A stretch of 64,000 bases of DNA from Heptranchias perlo. Taxonomy: Eukaryota. The notes beneath the pieces are model-generated. The model was not told where the DNA came from, did not search any database, and saw only the letters and a list, made by a program, of their open reading frames with translations. How positions within the stretch are numbered: position 1 is the first letter of the stretch; each line of letters begins with the position of its first letter. A program made the position numbers and the translations under genes. Shown piece by piece: positions 12,351 through 26,453 of this stretch. The stretch spans positions 7,378,001 to 7,442,000 of the forward strand of contig NC_090357.1 in assembly GCF_035084215.1 (NCBI RefSeq). The letters are read 5' to 3'.

Positions 12351-14120
12351 ACCAGTGGCCTTGATTATAGAGAATAGAAGCCCTTACATATATTATAGGC
12401 AAGGCCACTGGTTTTCCATTTACACAGAAACATGGAGAGCAATCCTTAAAACCCCAGTGGAGTTCCATGCAGTCACCATAAACAAGTGACCGTGCACCTT
12501 TCCCAGACAGAAAGGCAAGGCCGAACCAAGGTACATTTGAACTACAAGTTTACAATTGTTGCAGAAGAGTTTCATGCTAACTTGTGTAATGTGAATTCAT
12601 AATTAAGACCTAAACTGACTCCAGAGCAAGGTGGAATCTCACTCTCCTTAGCTCTGGTTTTGGGTCAGGCCCTGACTCTAGATTTAGGCCAAGTTTACAT
12701 TATAAGTGCAGCAATATTACAAAGCAAAATAGATTCTCATTGACACTACAGTTGTAGTGCAAATGCACCCTTAGTAATCACTGTAAGCTGCACCAACAAG
12801 CTATGCCACTGAACTGTTCAGGTGTTTAATACCATGCTCAGTACTATTCAGAGTCGTTCTAAATAATACAGTACAGCCTCTCTAGACCAGCCTTTGGTGA
12901 CTTACTTTTAATGTAGTTACAAGAATGACCGCATCATCAGGAGGGCATGGTTTCTGACAAACATAAGACTCAAAAAAAACAACATATTCCCAGATTGCAC
13001 TACAATAATTTAAATTCAGTGATAACTACCATTGTGTTTTCAGGTGGGATGTGGAGAGAAGTAGAAGAAAAAAAAATCAAGAAAAAAGATTCAGGCCTGC
13101 ATGTTCTGCGGTAGTTGAACTGAGGCACACATTCAGCAGGATAGGACTTCTGCCCGCCACCCCAGACAGTCTTCTGGCCTCGGGGATATTTTAGGTGGGC
13201 CCCCAGGCCTCTGCCAGGAGTGGGGACAGAGTTTTGCTGCAGCATGCCGCAGTGTTACGTTGCCAGCAGGCTTGGAGCTGCACGTAAAATGCAGCAGGCA
13301 AATTCTTTGTTAAAATTTGAAACCTACACCTCTTGTGGCCTGTACGATCCATTGTTCTGCACATGACGCCAGTTAGTCCCTGGTGCCAAATGTTACTACA
13401 GGCACCAATGACGGAAAACGCATTGCCTTTATTTGCACCCGGTGACGAAACACTCGTCTATACATGGCATCGTACAGCGGAGCCTTGCTTGCAGGAAATG
13501 GGCTGCTAAAAATAGGCAGGGACAAAGTGGATACGTGCCTGAACAATTTTCCATCCCACCTGTGTACGTTACACCAAACTGTCAGTGGAAGGGGCCAGGA
13601 AATCTAGGCTACAATTTCTAAATTCCAAAGTAAACTGGAGCAGCTTTAATCATGTGGTGAAATGTAGAGAAAGTGGCTACAACCTTGTGTAACTTTGATC
13701 ACAAGTGCCCAAAATAATTTTATATTTATCCCTCCCCCCATTGACACTTTTCCTGAATGTATTTCTTTTGATTTTATTTTTAATTTCCTATTTTTAAATC
13801 TGCTCTCAAGACACTTTGTTCTTTGCTGAGACATTCTCTGTCTCCGGTTCCTTGCCCAGGGGACTATTAATCATGTATGAGCCTTGACAGTGAGCATCAG
13901 CAGGGGGGTATCACAGCTGAGCCGAATCCTGCTCCTACCTAAAGTCGATACACACGTGCACTTTCCAGCAGCAATTGCATTCGGGAGTGAAAATTCTGGC
14001 CAAGTCCCTCCACCCCACCTTAACTCAAGAACAAATTGTGGCACAGCTATCACCCACCGTAGCTGAGATCAGTTACCCGAGCACAGACTGGCAATTGAAG
14101 CTGGCACTTTCAGCCAAGCC

Positions 14121-14204
14121 CTGTAACCAGGTACAAATAAATACAACAGAAAAGGAAAAGGATCCATTTCCTTTTCTGTTGTATTTATTTGTACCTGGTT
14201 ACAG
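14121..14204. repeat. 84-bp near-perfect palindrome
   Basis: 38-bp arms are exact reverse complements; centre A-GGATCC-A with one mismatch. Confidence 0.95.
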
Positions 14205-15502
14205 CTTTTCTCTCCTCCTCAAATCAAAATTTCCCATTCTACATACTAAATCAATCTTTCTTCTTGCCCTTTAATGCTGGTCAGTACTGAACCTTAAAGA
14301 TCGCTATTGTTAAAATCCTCCTGGTCTTGCCCATATTTCTTGATTTCTGCTCTAAACTGATGTGCATTCCTACAGATTTTACACCACCTTTCATTGCTAG
14401 ATATCTAATTGTCGCACACAATGCATAATGTAAATCTACAACCCTTCCATAGCAACGCAGTGTATTGAAACACAGGGTAACGCCTCTGATCTGCAAGATC
14501 AGCATGCCACTCCACCGAGTTCTTGATCAGTCTTCCGGATGCACAGGAAGATACTGAGCGGAGGCCGGGTGTGGCTCCTAATGCTGGTGCTAGTAACACT
14601 GCAGCAGCTTTAGAACAAGGCCAACTCCTCACACCAAGGAGTGCAAGGCTCAGGGGATAGGGAAAGACAGGCCGGCTCTGCAGAGAATTGGGTCAGGACA
14701 AAGTTGCAATTCAAACAGCCGGAGTCACAATGGCATAACCTTCAAGAGGGCAAAACAAATTTTAAAAATGCCTCGAAGCACACACACTCGTGAATGAGAG
14801 AGAATTATGCGAGCCTGCTCACCACACTATTCTAACACACGGTAGTCACATTAACTGTAAACCTCAACAATCACATAACTATTAGAGCATTCGCTTTAGT
14901 ATTTACCCAAGAACTTTCTCCCCAGCGCAGCTAAAAAGAACACATTTTCTTGTAGAAGCATTTATATGGCATATAGTGAATGTGTTGCACTTGTAAACCA
15001 TGGCAACCTGGTAACCACACTGGTTAAATGGTGCACTCCAAATCAGAGGGTCAAAGTTCAAATCACATCGCTCATCACTACTCAGTAGTTGATGGTGCTC
15101 TTATAAAATAGTGAAAGGCTCCATCTAAGGACATGCTATGAAGTCTGCGGCCCAAACTGCCTCATATTCTTGGCTGAAGACAGCAAGAACCTAACAGGAA
15201 CAAAATGATATAATATATGCTCACACGTGCGTATGTGGAGGAAAAGAAACTAGGATTAAAGTGCTCTTGATATTTTGAATTGGTGTAACTTTAAATTTTC
15301 TTCAGTATATTTCATTCTGCTTGTTCTTGGGTGGTTGCAATACAAATTAAAGTTTGAAAAGTATGAACTTAAAGTATGGGTTGCAGAAACAGAAAGTGAT
15401 CAGCCACCCAGAGGACCATAGTATCTTTACTTTTGAGTTCACAAGGCATAAGGACATGTCCTGGTTCAAATCTTAATAGGAATTCGCTTTAGTCTTACAG
15501 GC

Positions 15503-15826
15503 CTCTTCAACAGCACCTCCCAAACCCGCGACCTCGACCATCTAGAAGGACAAGGGCAGCAGGCACATGGGAACACCACCACTTGCACGTTCCCCTCCAA
15601 GTCACACACCATCCCGACTTGGAAATATATCGCTGTTCCTTCATCGTCACTGGGTCAAAATCCTGGAACTCTCTACCTAACAGCACTGTGGGAGAACCTT
15701 TACCACACGGACTGCAGCGGTTCAAGAAGGCGGCTCACCACCACCTTCTCGAGGGCAATTAGGGATGGGCAATAAATGCTGGCCTCACCAGAGACACCCA
15801 CATCCCATGAACGAATTTTAAAAAAT
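15503..15826 (+). mobile_element. LINE 3'-end fragment (CR1/L2 group); related pieces at ~46010-46095 (-) and ~63110-63230 (+)
   Basis: Encodes SWNSLPNS...LQRFKKAAHHHLL-type ORF2 C-terminus; AATAAA and A-rich tail; repeated in the window. Confidence 0.7.
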
Positions 15827-16603
15827 AGGAATGTGGGGGAAGAGAATGGGGGAAAAGAGGAGCGTGAACAGAGAAACTGGCGGTAAGATTACAGTACAGA
15901 AAACAAATCATTTTGGTACTTGTTGTGCTGACTGTACATTGTGTGTTGAAACAACACGATCGAAAGGCTAAAGCACGCGGGTCCTGCTTCGAGTCGGAGA
16001 GGACAGAGATCAATGGATCATAAATGAAGGACTTCAATCATTTCAAGAACTGCTATTCCTCTGTGTAAAGTAACGGTGAGCCTGAGGACAATGAAGGGGA
16101 AATTTTCGAGAGTAATTTCTACTCCTCAGAGTAAGGCCAAGGAGTGATTTTAGAATTGTGTGCAACTAGGGCTGCAGGGCAAAAAAAAGTGCATTTCACA
16201 AAAATTAACCGCAGCAATGACACCGGAGGATTTTCTTTTACACAATAAAAATAACATTGCTGGTGAAAACTGTACTTGCTGCATTGACACCGACTACCAT
16301 CTTTCAAAATCTGTTTTTCTAATAGAATCGTTTGATCTAATGATTAAAGTATAATTTCGAGTAGGGACCATATTGCTCCTGGCAACGCTACAGATACAAC
16401 ATAATGAAGCTCTTGTTTAGAAGGGAGGGGGTGTATTAAAAAGAAACATGATGACTACAAATACAGCCCATGTCGGCCAACCAAATCAACGCTGCATCAC
16501 AAAGGTTATTTGTGACTCAAAAGTAAAGCAGAATATACAGATCAGATCAAGACGCAAAATTTGTATTGAGAAAGACACTGGTGATGTGCTTGGGTAGTTA
16601 CTC

Positions 16604-17123
16604 CTAGCCAATTATTTGAATGCCTAATTCTTCCGCAGTCTTTTCTATGTTGTCAGCCGAGGTTCCCTCAACCTCCATATTAGTCTCTGCATCGGATACC
16701 TCGCTTGTATGTGGTGCATTGGTCAGAACATAGTAAACGGTTTCATTTTCTCCGTGCTCGTTTGTCCGATTGACCACCCGGATGATGGGATTTTTATTCA
16801 GGTCGGAGGAGTCCAAAGGCGATTGTTGGAGATGTTCTCCACCAGCAACCTCACCATGACTGGCGTGTTCCGTGTATTCGGTTGTGCAATAGTTCAGAGG
16901 GTCGGGGCTGTGTTTGTCTGTGCCATGTTCCTCACTGTTTGATTCCTCCACTGGCTCCAGTATAATCCCTCTTAGGTTAGCTTCTGACAAAACCAAACTC
17001 TCTGACATGCTGTCCAAGCGGCCTTCCTGCTTTTCCCGGTCTTTCATTAGTTGCTCGGTCAGTTCGACACTCTCGTAACGTACCAACTGCAGCCGCATGT
17101 AGCCATCTTCATGCTCTTTGTAT
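16604..17123 (-). CDS. HINFP: HINFP (histone H4 transcription factor), last coding exon
   Basis: YKEHEDGYMRLQLVRYESVELTEQL...VYYVL; acceptor CATCCAG; TAG stop at 16604-16606; spliced CDS 1635 nt, 544 aa. Confidence 0.95.
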
Positions 17124-19395
17124 CTGGATGAATGAACATTAATGCAAAAGGTGAGAGGGTGCCGTTTGTGCCACACATTTTTTTTCTGCTCCCTAGGTCT
17201 ACCCACACCATGTGACATTCCTTGGCCAAAAGGGGAGACAGGCAAATTAATCTGCTCCTAGGCCTCTTCAAGCAAGGTACTAGGTCAGGAGAGGTATTTA
17301 TCAGTCTATGGGTGAAGGGGCTGGGAAAGGCAGGGTAAAAACAAAGACGGGGAGAAAAGAAAACTAGCTTTTTTTCCTCCCTTCATCCCTGCAAGGAAAT
17401 GGCTGGTAATAGTTAAGACCTAATGAGCTGCTATGTGGGACACGGCAGATGTGAACCCAAGGGAAGTGCATTAACGTGCTGTGCCACTATGCCACAAACA
17501 TGACCCATGTCAAGAGAATGCCTTTCTGAGTGAGATCGTAAACGATCAGGAGCAGCTGAATGTTTGTCCCAAACATGTCCATGGGTTTAATGTTCTTTTG
17601 TGGACGTACTGGTCAGGACCCAACATCAGGTCCTGGGCCTAATACATCGGTCCAGTGCAATACTGCATTTCTGTCGCAAGACGTCCCAAGTGAACAAAGA
17701 GCTTCCACCAGTGAGTAGTCAAAAAATAGGTCCTTTTTTTCCCAATTGACCAATCAGACTTTCGGCACATTATCTCCATGTTCCAGCCTTGCATCTCACA
17801 CTTGTGAAATTTCAAAATAGTTTTCCCCTTCAATCTAACTGGACTTGCACCTCTTCTGCCAAGAGGGTAGGCAAGCTGACTTGATCAGTTGCAAAGAGGC
17901 ACGAAGGTACTGCCCAGATTGGGTGACCCTCCTTCCAATTCCCTTCATCTCTTCTCCCCACCAGGCAAGGAGATGTCAGCTTCTGCTCACCCACAAAATC
18001 AGTAAAGAATAATATCAAGAACTGATCAGAACACAGCAGAACTGAAACTATGCCCGTTGACTGATTACAATGGGTATTGGTGCCCTAAAACTCAGCATCA
18101 CTCGTGAAACATCCAAATCCTGTGGCTGGTCTATCACATACTCTACTTAGTACAGATTGTAAGAATGGTTGAGGGCAACTGAAGGGAAGGGGGAGAAAAT
18201 AGGATTTTTTCCTCCCCGGTGACACAACTCTGACCCCTCAATATCATTAGATCATTTTCCCTGCTCCCAAATTAGTAACTGTACATAATTTAAAAAAACA
18301 TGATATCACATTTTTATATTTCTTTACAGATTTTGTTCAAACCTAAAAGGGACACTTTAAAAAAAAATCTTCATTTCAAGTCTACGCCGGGGAATTTCTG
18401 CTTTAGTTGCAGCTGGTGTCGGCATCAAACAGCCTCAGGCTTTGAATAAATTAGATGCATAAGTATAGTTCCCATAACCCATCCCAAGAACATCCCATGC
18501 TCCGCCTGTGTAACCAGCTCCGTTTCCCACAGCAGCCACTCTTATATGATCTCTGAAATTGAGCCTGTTAACTCAATGCCAAGCTTTGGGCAATTTTACA
18601 TCAGTGAGTTGTGCCTGTAGTAACTCATTTCATAGAGATGCATCCCATCAACCCAACGAGAAAGCAGGAAAATAGGACCGTGTAATTTCAGTCCCCGAGG
18701 GGGTTCCAAGTTCAATGCAGGTAAGAAAGGACAAATGGTCCCCCTCCTGTGCTCAAAATCTCCACATTTTTAAACCAAGAGAAAGCTGAAAGTGTGTCGA
18801 CCCAGTTTCCTTGCAGTCATACGATTTTAACCTAGATCAGTAAAGATATACAACTACTTTACAGGATTCTGACACTTCATTAATTTAATAGGACCACAAT
18901 AATTTTATAACACCCTATTATAAAAGCTCTCAATCTTATCACTCTGTTAGATCTGTGAAGTTTAGCTCCAGATCACATGAGCAATTACCTTTCTGAAGTG
19001 AAATTACTTCTTTAAGTAAATTCACTGCCTGTGGACATATATGTGTGCACTTAAGTTACAGTATAATTTCTAATTCAAAAGATCAGGACAAAGTCTCGAT
19101 CATACTGGATAGAAAAAAAATCATTTTCAAGGACTTGTTTTTGTAAATTAATCATTTCTGGGCACAGGAGCGATGCGGTGGGGTGGGTCGGGGAGAAACA
19201 AGAGGTCAGGTGATTTGCCACAGCAAGAACAAACTCTTCCTCCCCCCACCCACCCCCCCAATTCTTGTACATTATCTAGTGGTTAGTTAGAGTGGCAGAG
19301 GACCCTGTCCTCTCAGGTAAGGAATTGTATAATGGTGCAATATGAAATAAAGAGTTAGAAAATAAAATGGAAAAATGCACAATATACCAACATAC

Positions 19396-19520
19396 CTGAA
19401 CCGTGGGTGACCTGAAGGCCACTTAAACTGATGCTTCTTCCTGAGGTGTACAGTCAGATTGTTACCTCTGGTAAAACACTTGTCACAAACATGACATTTG
19501 TATCTGGGTTCCAAATCCCC
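19396..19520 (-). CDS. HINFP: HINFP coding exon 8
   Basis: [41 protein letters not shown]; AG/GT boundaries, phase 0 to 2. Confidence 0.95.
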
Positions 19521-20421
19521 CTGCGAAGGCCAAAGTCCATAATTACACCAAATCAGAAACTTAAAATGGTAAAGCTAAACCAAATCCAGCTGCAGCCACA
19601 ACTGATCTCAAAGACATAGTGTCTACTCTCAAAAGACAGAATACCTCCCATAAAGTGTTTATAACCACTACAAAAAATTAATGTCCTTTTAATTCTGTTC
19701 CTTTTTTTAAAAAAAATGAATTGCAAATGCTATTGACAATCTTGGCAATTGACTTCTGAGGAGTTACTGAGCCTATGTGAAAGAGTCAAATTAATATGCA
19801 GTTGAAGCTGACAAATCCAGCGTTAATGATGCGGTGGAAAAGAATTCTAAGAGTATCAGCGGACTGCTGTTATGAGCATGTCCTCGTAGTCTGCTTTAGA
19901 ACTGTATTGACACAAGCTTGAGAACAAGCTGCTCACCTGTCCTTTCGATTGTGGATAGTGCAGGGAGAGCGGGAAAAGGTGCAAGAAAAAAAAAACCCAG
20001 AAATCCCACCCTCACCAACAACAATCACATATAACGGGTGGGTCTGGATAGATGAGTTCAGTCGTCCCCCACTCCCTCCAAAGAACTGGTTGCCATCAAG
20101 ACGTCAAACTACAGAGTTTCATATAAGGCCTACGTGGTTGTCAAAAGACATCATTGGTCTAGTGCTGTGGCACTAGTTTTACATTTTGTGTAGCTGTTTT
20201 ACTTGGTGTCAGCAGTGACCAAACATTGCATCACTGCAAGGGCTGCCAAACAATAATCATCTACTCTGTTTTGCCAGTAGCCCTCCTTATATAACAGACC
20301 ATTCCAGATGCGATACTGTGGTTGGTATCCTTACAGGTAGACTGGCGGTGCAGCTGTTGGGCCTTACAGATTTCACTTTTAAAAAATGAAGCAATATGCT
20401 GCACTACCTTCAACTGCTTAC

Positions 20422-20560
20422 CTCATGTACCTTCCTGTAGTGGGACTTGATGGAATATTGGGATCGTGCGCTGAACGTACAACCAGCAAACTCACAGCGA
20501 TAGGTCGGATCCTCACTGTGTGTATCCAAATGCTTTCTTAGATCCACCAAGTTCTTGCAG
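20422..20560 (-). CDS. HINFP: HINFP coding exon 7 (not in the ORF track)
   Basis: [46 protein letters not shown]; CCCAG acceptor, GTAAGC donor. Confidence 0.93.
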
Positions 20561-21379
20561 CTGGGAGGAAACACATTCCAGCAATGACCTCTCTAAAATA
20601 CTACTATTTATATTTAAGTCTCCAACCTCCCCAATTAAGTTTGAAAACCCCCAATACAAATGAAAGCACAGAATTTGAGACTTGAAATAAGAATGTTTCT
20701 TTGCTTTTTTAAAAAGCAGAAATATTGCTGAGGGGATCATGTAATACAGTGCCTTTAAGTGATGTTGGAACTGTGGCATCAGACACAGATCTGTTCTGTT
20801 CAATATCCTCAAGTGAAAATTCAGGGATTCTCCAGCCGCTTTGCATTAAAAAGACACATCCTGTTCTATTTTAATCTTTATTCTTGGGAATAGAGAGGTG
20901 ATCCAAACAGAAACCTTTTCAATTAAGCTGGGGAATAGCAAGGGATTGGTCACATAACTAGGAGTATATTACAGACGAATGAACAGTGGAAGGGTGAAAC
21001 TTGTAGACGAATTAGAATGGTGGGTATTATCAATAGTTGTAGTTGTAAAAGATTTTAAGTTATCCAAAACAGGACTGGAGAAAAGGTGAAAAAGGAGGTT
21101 TTGTTGTAGGTTAATCAGGATTGTTTTCTCAGTCAGTGTGTCGATACTCCAACAGGGAAGGAAGCAATGCATGACCTGATGTTGCGTAAGGCAAGGAGCA
21201 AGTAGGCAACCTGTAAGCAGGGCAGTATTTGGGAAACATTGAGCACAATATAATTAACTTTATAAGAACAGAAAAGAAAAAGTTGAGGACAAGAGTACTT
21301 TACAGGATACAATAAAATTGGAGCAAGATATAAAGAGACCTTGCCCAGATTAAATTATCTGCACTAAATGCTTAATCAA

Positions 21380-22925
21380 AGTTAAAAGTTGGGCAAATAT
21401 AAAGAGCATAGGAAAGCTACATGAAGTGAGAATAGAAAGGCTAAAAGAAAATATAGCAGAGAAAATGTGCAAAAAAATAGCATTCAATAGACACATTACT
21501 AGCAAGAGGATAGCCCAGGTTGAGATAGGGTCAGTACGAAATGAAGGAGGCAAGCTTATAGTGGAGATTGGGGAAATGGCAGAAATACTAAATAAGTACT
21601 TTGCTTTATTTTTTTTTAAACAGAGGAGATAAAAATTGGAATTGTGGAATAACCAGTGGAGGTTACTATTTAAAGAGAAATGGCACTAAAGAAGTTATAT
21701 AAACTTTTAAGATAATCAACGGTTTACACCCAAGTATCCCGAGGGAAGCTAGAGAACAAAGAGGCTCCAACAATAATGTTCGAAAAATTCTGCGAAAGGA
21801 ACATTGTGTCAGAGGGGGACAAATGTGACACCCTTCTTCAAAAATAACCAAGGAAGTTATAAGCCAGTTCATCTTACTACAAAGTTGGCAACCTACCAGA
21901 CCCCTCTTATGGGATGAAATTACGGAGCACTTGAAGAAACACGAGTTAACCACGTTTTATCAGCATGGATTTCTAAAAAAGGTCGTGTTTGACCAACATA
22001 AAACTCTTTGAAATGAAACAGAGAGGATAAAGGAAATGCAGTTGATGTGGTTTATACTGATTTTTGAGAATTATTTGATAAGCTACCACATAAAATACTT
22101 ATGGCAAAGTTAATGGAACACAGAATTAAGGGGGACGCGGCCACATGGATAGAAGTTATTGGAGGGCAAAGGGTAGTTGTAAAAGGAATTTTCTTGGACT
22201 GGAAAGGTGTGGCGTGCGTTGTCCCACAGGGTTCCTATTGGGGCTGCTGTTACTTACAATATACATTATGATCTAGACTTAAGAATTAAGGAAATAATTT
22301 TGAAATTTGCTGATGACACCAACGATGGCAAATTGTGATGAGGATTGTGAAAGACTGAAGGAGAACATAGAAAAGCTGGTAGGATGGACAAATAGGTGGC
22401 AATTGCAGTGTATTTTAGAAGAAAGAATAGGTGAAGGAAGTACATCTTAAATGGTACCATTTTAAATGAAGTGTAGGAGCAAAGGGCCCTGCTGTGCAAA
22501 TACACAGGTTATTAAAGATAGCAGCAAAACTAGGTAAAGTCATGATAAAGCAATCTGAATCCTTGGTTTTGTATGGAGATATAGAATACAGAAGCAAGGA
22601 GATAATGTTGAACAAGTACAGTTAGTTAAGCTGCAGTTGGAGCATCGTGTACAGTTTTGGGCACTCCATTATGGGAAGAATGTAAAAGCATTACAAACAT
22701 TGCACATAGATTTATTAGGATGTTAGCAGGGATGAGGGGGTGAAAGTTATGAAGAGACATTTGAGAGGCTGAAGCTTTTTTCATTGTTGGCGGAGAAGAT
22801 TAAGGGGTGAGTTCAAAGAGGCCTTCAAGATTATGAAGGGTTACGATAGGGTAAATTGTGATAGATTGTTTCCACTGGTTGATGAAATTGCAGCAAGAGG
22901 GTGCAAATTTAAGAGGTATGAAAGT
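21380..22925 (+). mobile_element. Heavily degraded CR1 LINE in a HINFP intron
   Basis: Remnants of AEILNKYF, QHGF, VPQG, KFADDT and RLRG motifs with many stops. Confidence 0.8.
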
Positions 22926-23076
22926 AGATGACCACCTGACCAACAAGTAGTACAGTGTGACCAAAGACAGCCATGGAAAAACCCAAACTGACTCACACTT
23001 CCAGCCAGAGAATAATAGAGGTGGAAAAGCAGGAAGAATAGAACAAGATACAATATTTTAACTCTGAAGGGCATAC

Positions 23077-23197
23077 CTGTATTCACAGTATTCACATCTG
23101 AATGGCTTCTCGTCGCTATGGCGGAATTTGATGTGGTTCCGCAAGGCAGAAGGTGCTGGACAGGTCATGTCACAAAACGGGCACTTGTAATAGTTCA
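23077..23197 (-). CDS. HINFP: HINFP coding exon 6
   Basis: [39 protein letters not shown]; TTTTAG acceptor, GTATGC donor. Confidence 0.93.
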
Positions 23198-23945
23198 CTA
23201 AAAAAACAAACATTCAATGTTCTCTCAAACCCAGCTGAGTATTTTATGTGTGTCTTCATAATGAGGGAGTCAACTGTTTACTGAGACGCAGGATGACTGA
23301 CTTTTCTTCTGTATACTAGCAGAAGGAACTATAATCACACCAACATCCTATATACAAGTCACACTTGTTTTTATCTTCAATTATTTTGCAAAGTTTTTAT
23401 TTCTAATCTTGATTCAAGAGAAGTAGTGAGCATTTTGGCCGGGGGGAGGGAGTAATGTACGGTTCCTCCATCTAACTAAAAAGACGATTACAAAGACTCT
23501 GTGAAACTTGCTACTTAACTGACATCACAAAGACCATCACTCCAACCATCAAGTCAGGAAATGAGTCATAAATACCCAGCAACACCAGGATTGTAATGAA
23601 CTTTCCCAACTCTGCTCCGATGTGCATGGAATATTGAAAAGGAGGTTGGTCCATAATACCCTGTATTCACCCTTAAGATTACAGTGACTAAGCAGCTCTC
23701 TCTGCTAAGGATGGGAAAACCTAAAATTGCAAAGCCCTGCAGGAAAGTGAAATATATTAAGAATCTCCAAGCAGGGAGGAGGCTGCTTAGACCGTGCTGT
23801 TTTATCATTAAAATTGAACGGAAATTATGCTGGTGAAAGTTGGTGTTTCATCCCTATAAAACTGACATCACGGGGGAAAGGGGCCAGAGTTTGTATGAAA
23901 AGGTCCCGACTGAAAAGATTAGCGACTGCACAAAACTCTACTCAC

Positions 23946-24023
23946 CGTGATGTCGCATGTGATCCCTGAGTAGCCTTTCAGTGGCAAATCTCTTTGAACA
24001 GTGGGAGCACTGAAACCGTTGGT
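23946..24023 (-). CDS. HINFP: HINFP coding exon 5
   Basis: [26 protein letters not shown]2H2 finger; AG/GTGAG boundaries. Confidence 0.93.
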
Positions 24024-24481
24024 CTATTGAGACAAAGAAATGTGACACATGATTCTTTTAGTAATAGGTTCAGTACGATGTAAAAATAGACATTCACATG
24101 CTGCCTTTGTGAAGTTCTGTATCGAGGTCAATAGCATCAAATGGCATGCTCAACCACAACCCAGTTTGAAGTCACTGGCCTTACACCAAAGTCACATTGT
24201 AAGTTAACTTTTCCGGGCTATTACCATGCTGGGATGACAATTAATTCAATTAAGGCACCATTTAACAACTCATGATTGCTGTTCACTCCCAAAAAGGTTT
24301 GCAGTCTTTATACTGCAGTGGATGGGAGCTGCGGTATGTATATCATTTCTATGTTCTGAACAGGTTGCAGGAAACAAAGATGCCACATTTCAAATACAGG
24401 GGTCCTGTCTGGGGAAAGGATTTAAATCAGACAACTTCAAAACCAGATCCCTCGCAACACTCCAAAAGATACTTTACTTAC

Positions 24482-24634
24482 ATTCCATGGCTGTCTGTCT
24501 CCGGATGTGGTCAAAGAACTTGGTGTTGCTGGCAAACATCCCTCCACAGGTAGGACATGCCACCACTTTCTCCTGCGTGTGGCTACGTAAATGCTCCCGT
24601 AGCTTAAATTTCACTTTGAAAGTTGCTTCACAAT
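24482..24634 (-). CDS. HINFP: HINFP coding exon 4
   Basis: [46 protein letters not shown]; GTAAGT donor. Confidence 0.95.
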
Positions 24635-25883
24635 CTAAAGACACAAAAAAGTAAATCAATCTGTGCCACTCTGCCCTACTGTCCCAGCTTGATTTGATAT
24701 GGAGTTCTGGATTCACCTTTTCGATGGTTTAGTATGTTATATACCTGTGTGAAGCTCCTTCCTTTTTAAAAGGTGGAAAGGCCCAAGTTTATCCAGCTAT
24801 TCCTTATCACTCAGTCCTCCCAACTTCAGCAATAATCACTACTTGGGAGAGTTTTGAAGCTGTAATTAATTTCTACATTACCCAAAACTTACCATTGTTG
24901 ACTGATGGTAAAGACTGCACGATATATTTTACTGCAAGATGCATATCATGTCAAACTTTTGCCACTTTCTTGGCCGAAAAGACAGAAAAGACTCCAAACC
25001 TCAAAGCAAAGTTATGCATAGCACCAGCAGGACATTATCATCTCCTCTCATCTAATTACTAGATCTCAAAACACATCACACACATTACAATTAAGGTGAC
25101 TGCAGCAGATTTCTATCCAACAGGTAACTTGATGAATCACCAATTTTAATGACAGAATTTCATATATAAATTGGATACAATCTGTCAAGGAAAGAGGGAG
25201 TCCTACAAACTGATGGCAGAAGGTTTCTTTTAAGGCTCACATAACAAAACTCAGAAAAGCCAAGATTATGTTGATCCACAACTTATATGGAAAGCCTCAT
25301 CTTCCAAAAGACACTTTGTTCACATTTGGAATTAATGAAACAGGTCAGGAGTCTAGAAAAGGAGAAATCATATTTCTGAAAGTTGAAGATACAAAGCTAA
25401 ATATGATTTATATAAAAATTAAATCTTTAGTATTGGACCTCAGCAATGGGCACATTCTCTCTAATAACTTCCACCCCAGCTAATTTAAGGTACACTTTTT
25501 GTTTTCTGTTTATATGATAACAATTACCATTAACTTGGACAATCACTAAAGATCATTTGAGAAGACCTTTTTCTTCTCCCCATCGAGTGAATGTGAAGCC
25601 CAGTCTCAGAGGTGAAAGGGAGTCTTTTTCAGCACGTTTGCTGCATTCTCTCTAACGGGGGCAATTTTCTACCCAGCTACCAAAGTTAAGCTACATAAGG
25701 TACTCATTCAAATCAGTCACGAAGGTTCTCTCACGATCTCTTGGCCTGTCATAATTGACTTGTGAAGGAGCCTTCACGTTAAATTTCACCTCATCACGGT
25801 CAGTTGGGGTCAGTCTGCAAAATACAGACTGTGGAATTAAGCAGAAAGCTTGTTAGGCAGCACTGGCTCCAGGAAGGACTCAC

Positions 25884-25995
25884 CTTTCCAACAGCAGGGG
25901 ATTATTAGATTAGTGTCTGTGGTTGCATCACGGTCCGAACACATTCCATGCATGTCCACATGTCTGTAGAACCATTCCGGATTGTCAAAAGTGCT
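25884..25995 (-). CDS. HINFP: HINFP coding exon 3
   Basis: STFDNPEWFYRHVDMH...CCWK; 112 nt; GTGAGT donor. Confidence 0.93.
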
Positions 25996-26453
25996 CTAAG
26001 GAGAAAATAGCAGCATTCAAAAAAGTGGCACAGAACAACTGGTGTTAAATATAACATGTAATCTGTGCAAGTTTCATCTTTAGTACATAATAGGGGAAAC
26101 CAGTCTGAATCAGGTCACCTCCCTTCTGGTGAGTGGACTTTCCCCAACAGTTCACAAACAATGTAGCTCCCCACCCCAGGAACGAACACGTCCATCAGTG
26201 AAGATGCTTCACAAGTAACAAAGGAGCCGGTAATTTACTGCACGGATGAATGTTTGGGATGTCATTTTCTTCCCTCACTCAACATCAAGTTTTCTGACCA
26301 CAATATCTCATCTGGAGGATTATTATGCTTTAAACATTGAAACTCGATAGTACATTTTTTTTTAAAAAACCTCATGGCTAAAATTAAAGTCAACAAGAGC
26401 GTACAGAGAACCGGATAGGAAAAGTGAGATTCGGATATGAATGGGTGACTCAC

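Noticed and set aside
14405-14700. GC-richer stretch with a short minus-strand ORF downstream of HINFP
   Set aside because: No recognisable protein similarity or convincing splice sites; probably 3' UTR
25713-25797. Possible C/D snoRNA in a HINFP intron (minus strand GTGATGA ... CTGA, ~85 nt)
   Set aside because: No terminal stem, no rRNA/snRNA guide I can recognise, and it lies near the donor rather than the acceptor; needs snoscan/Rfam
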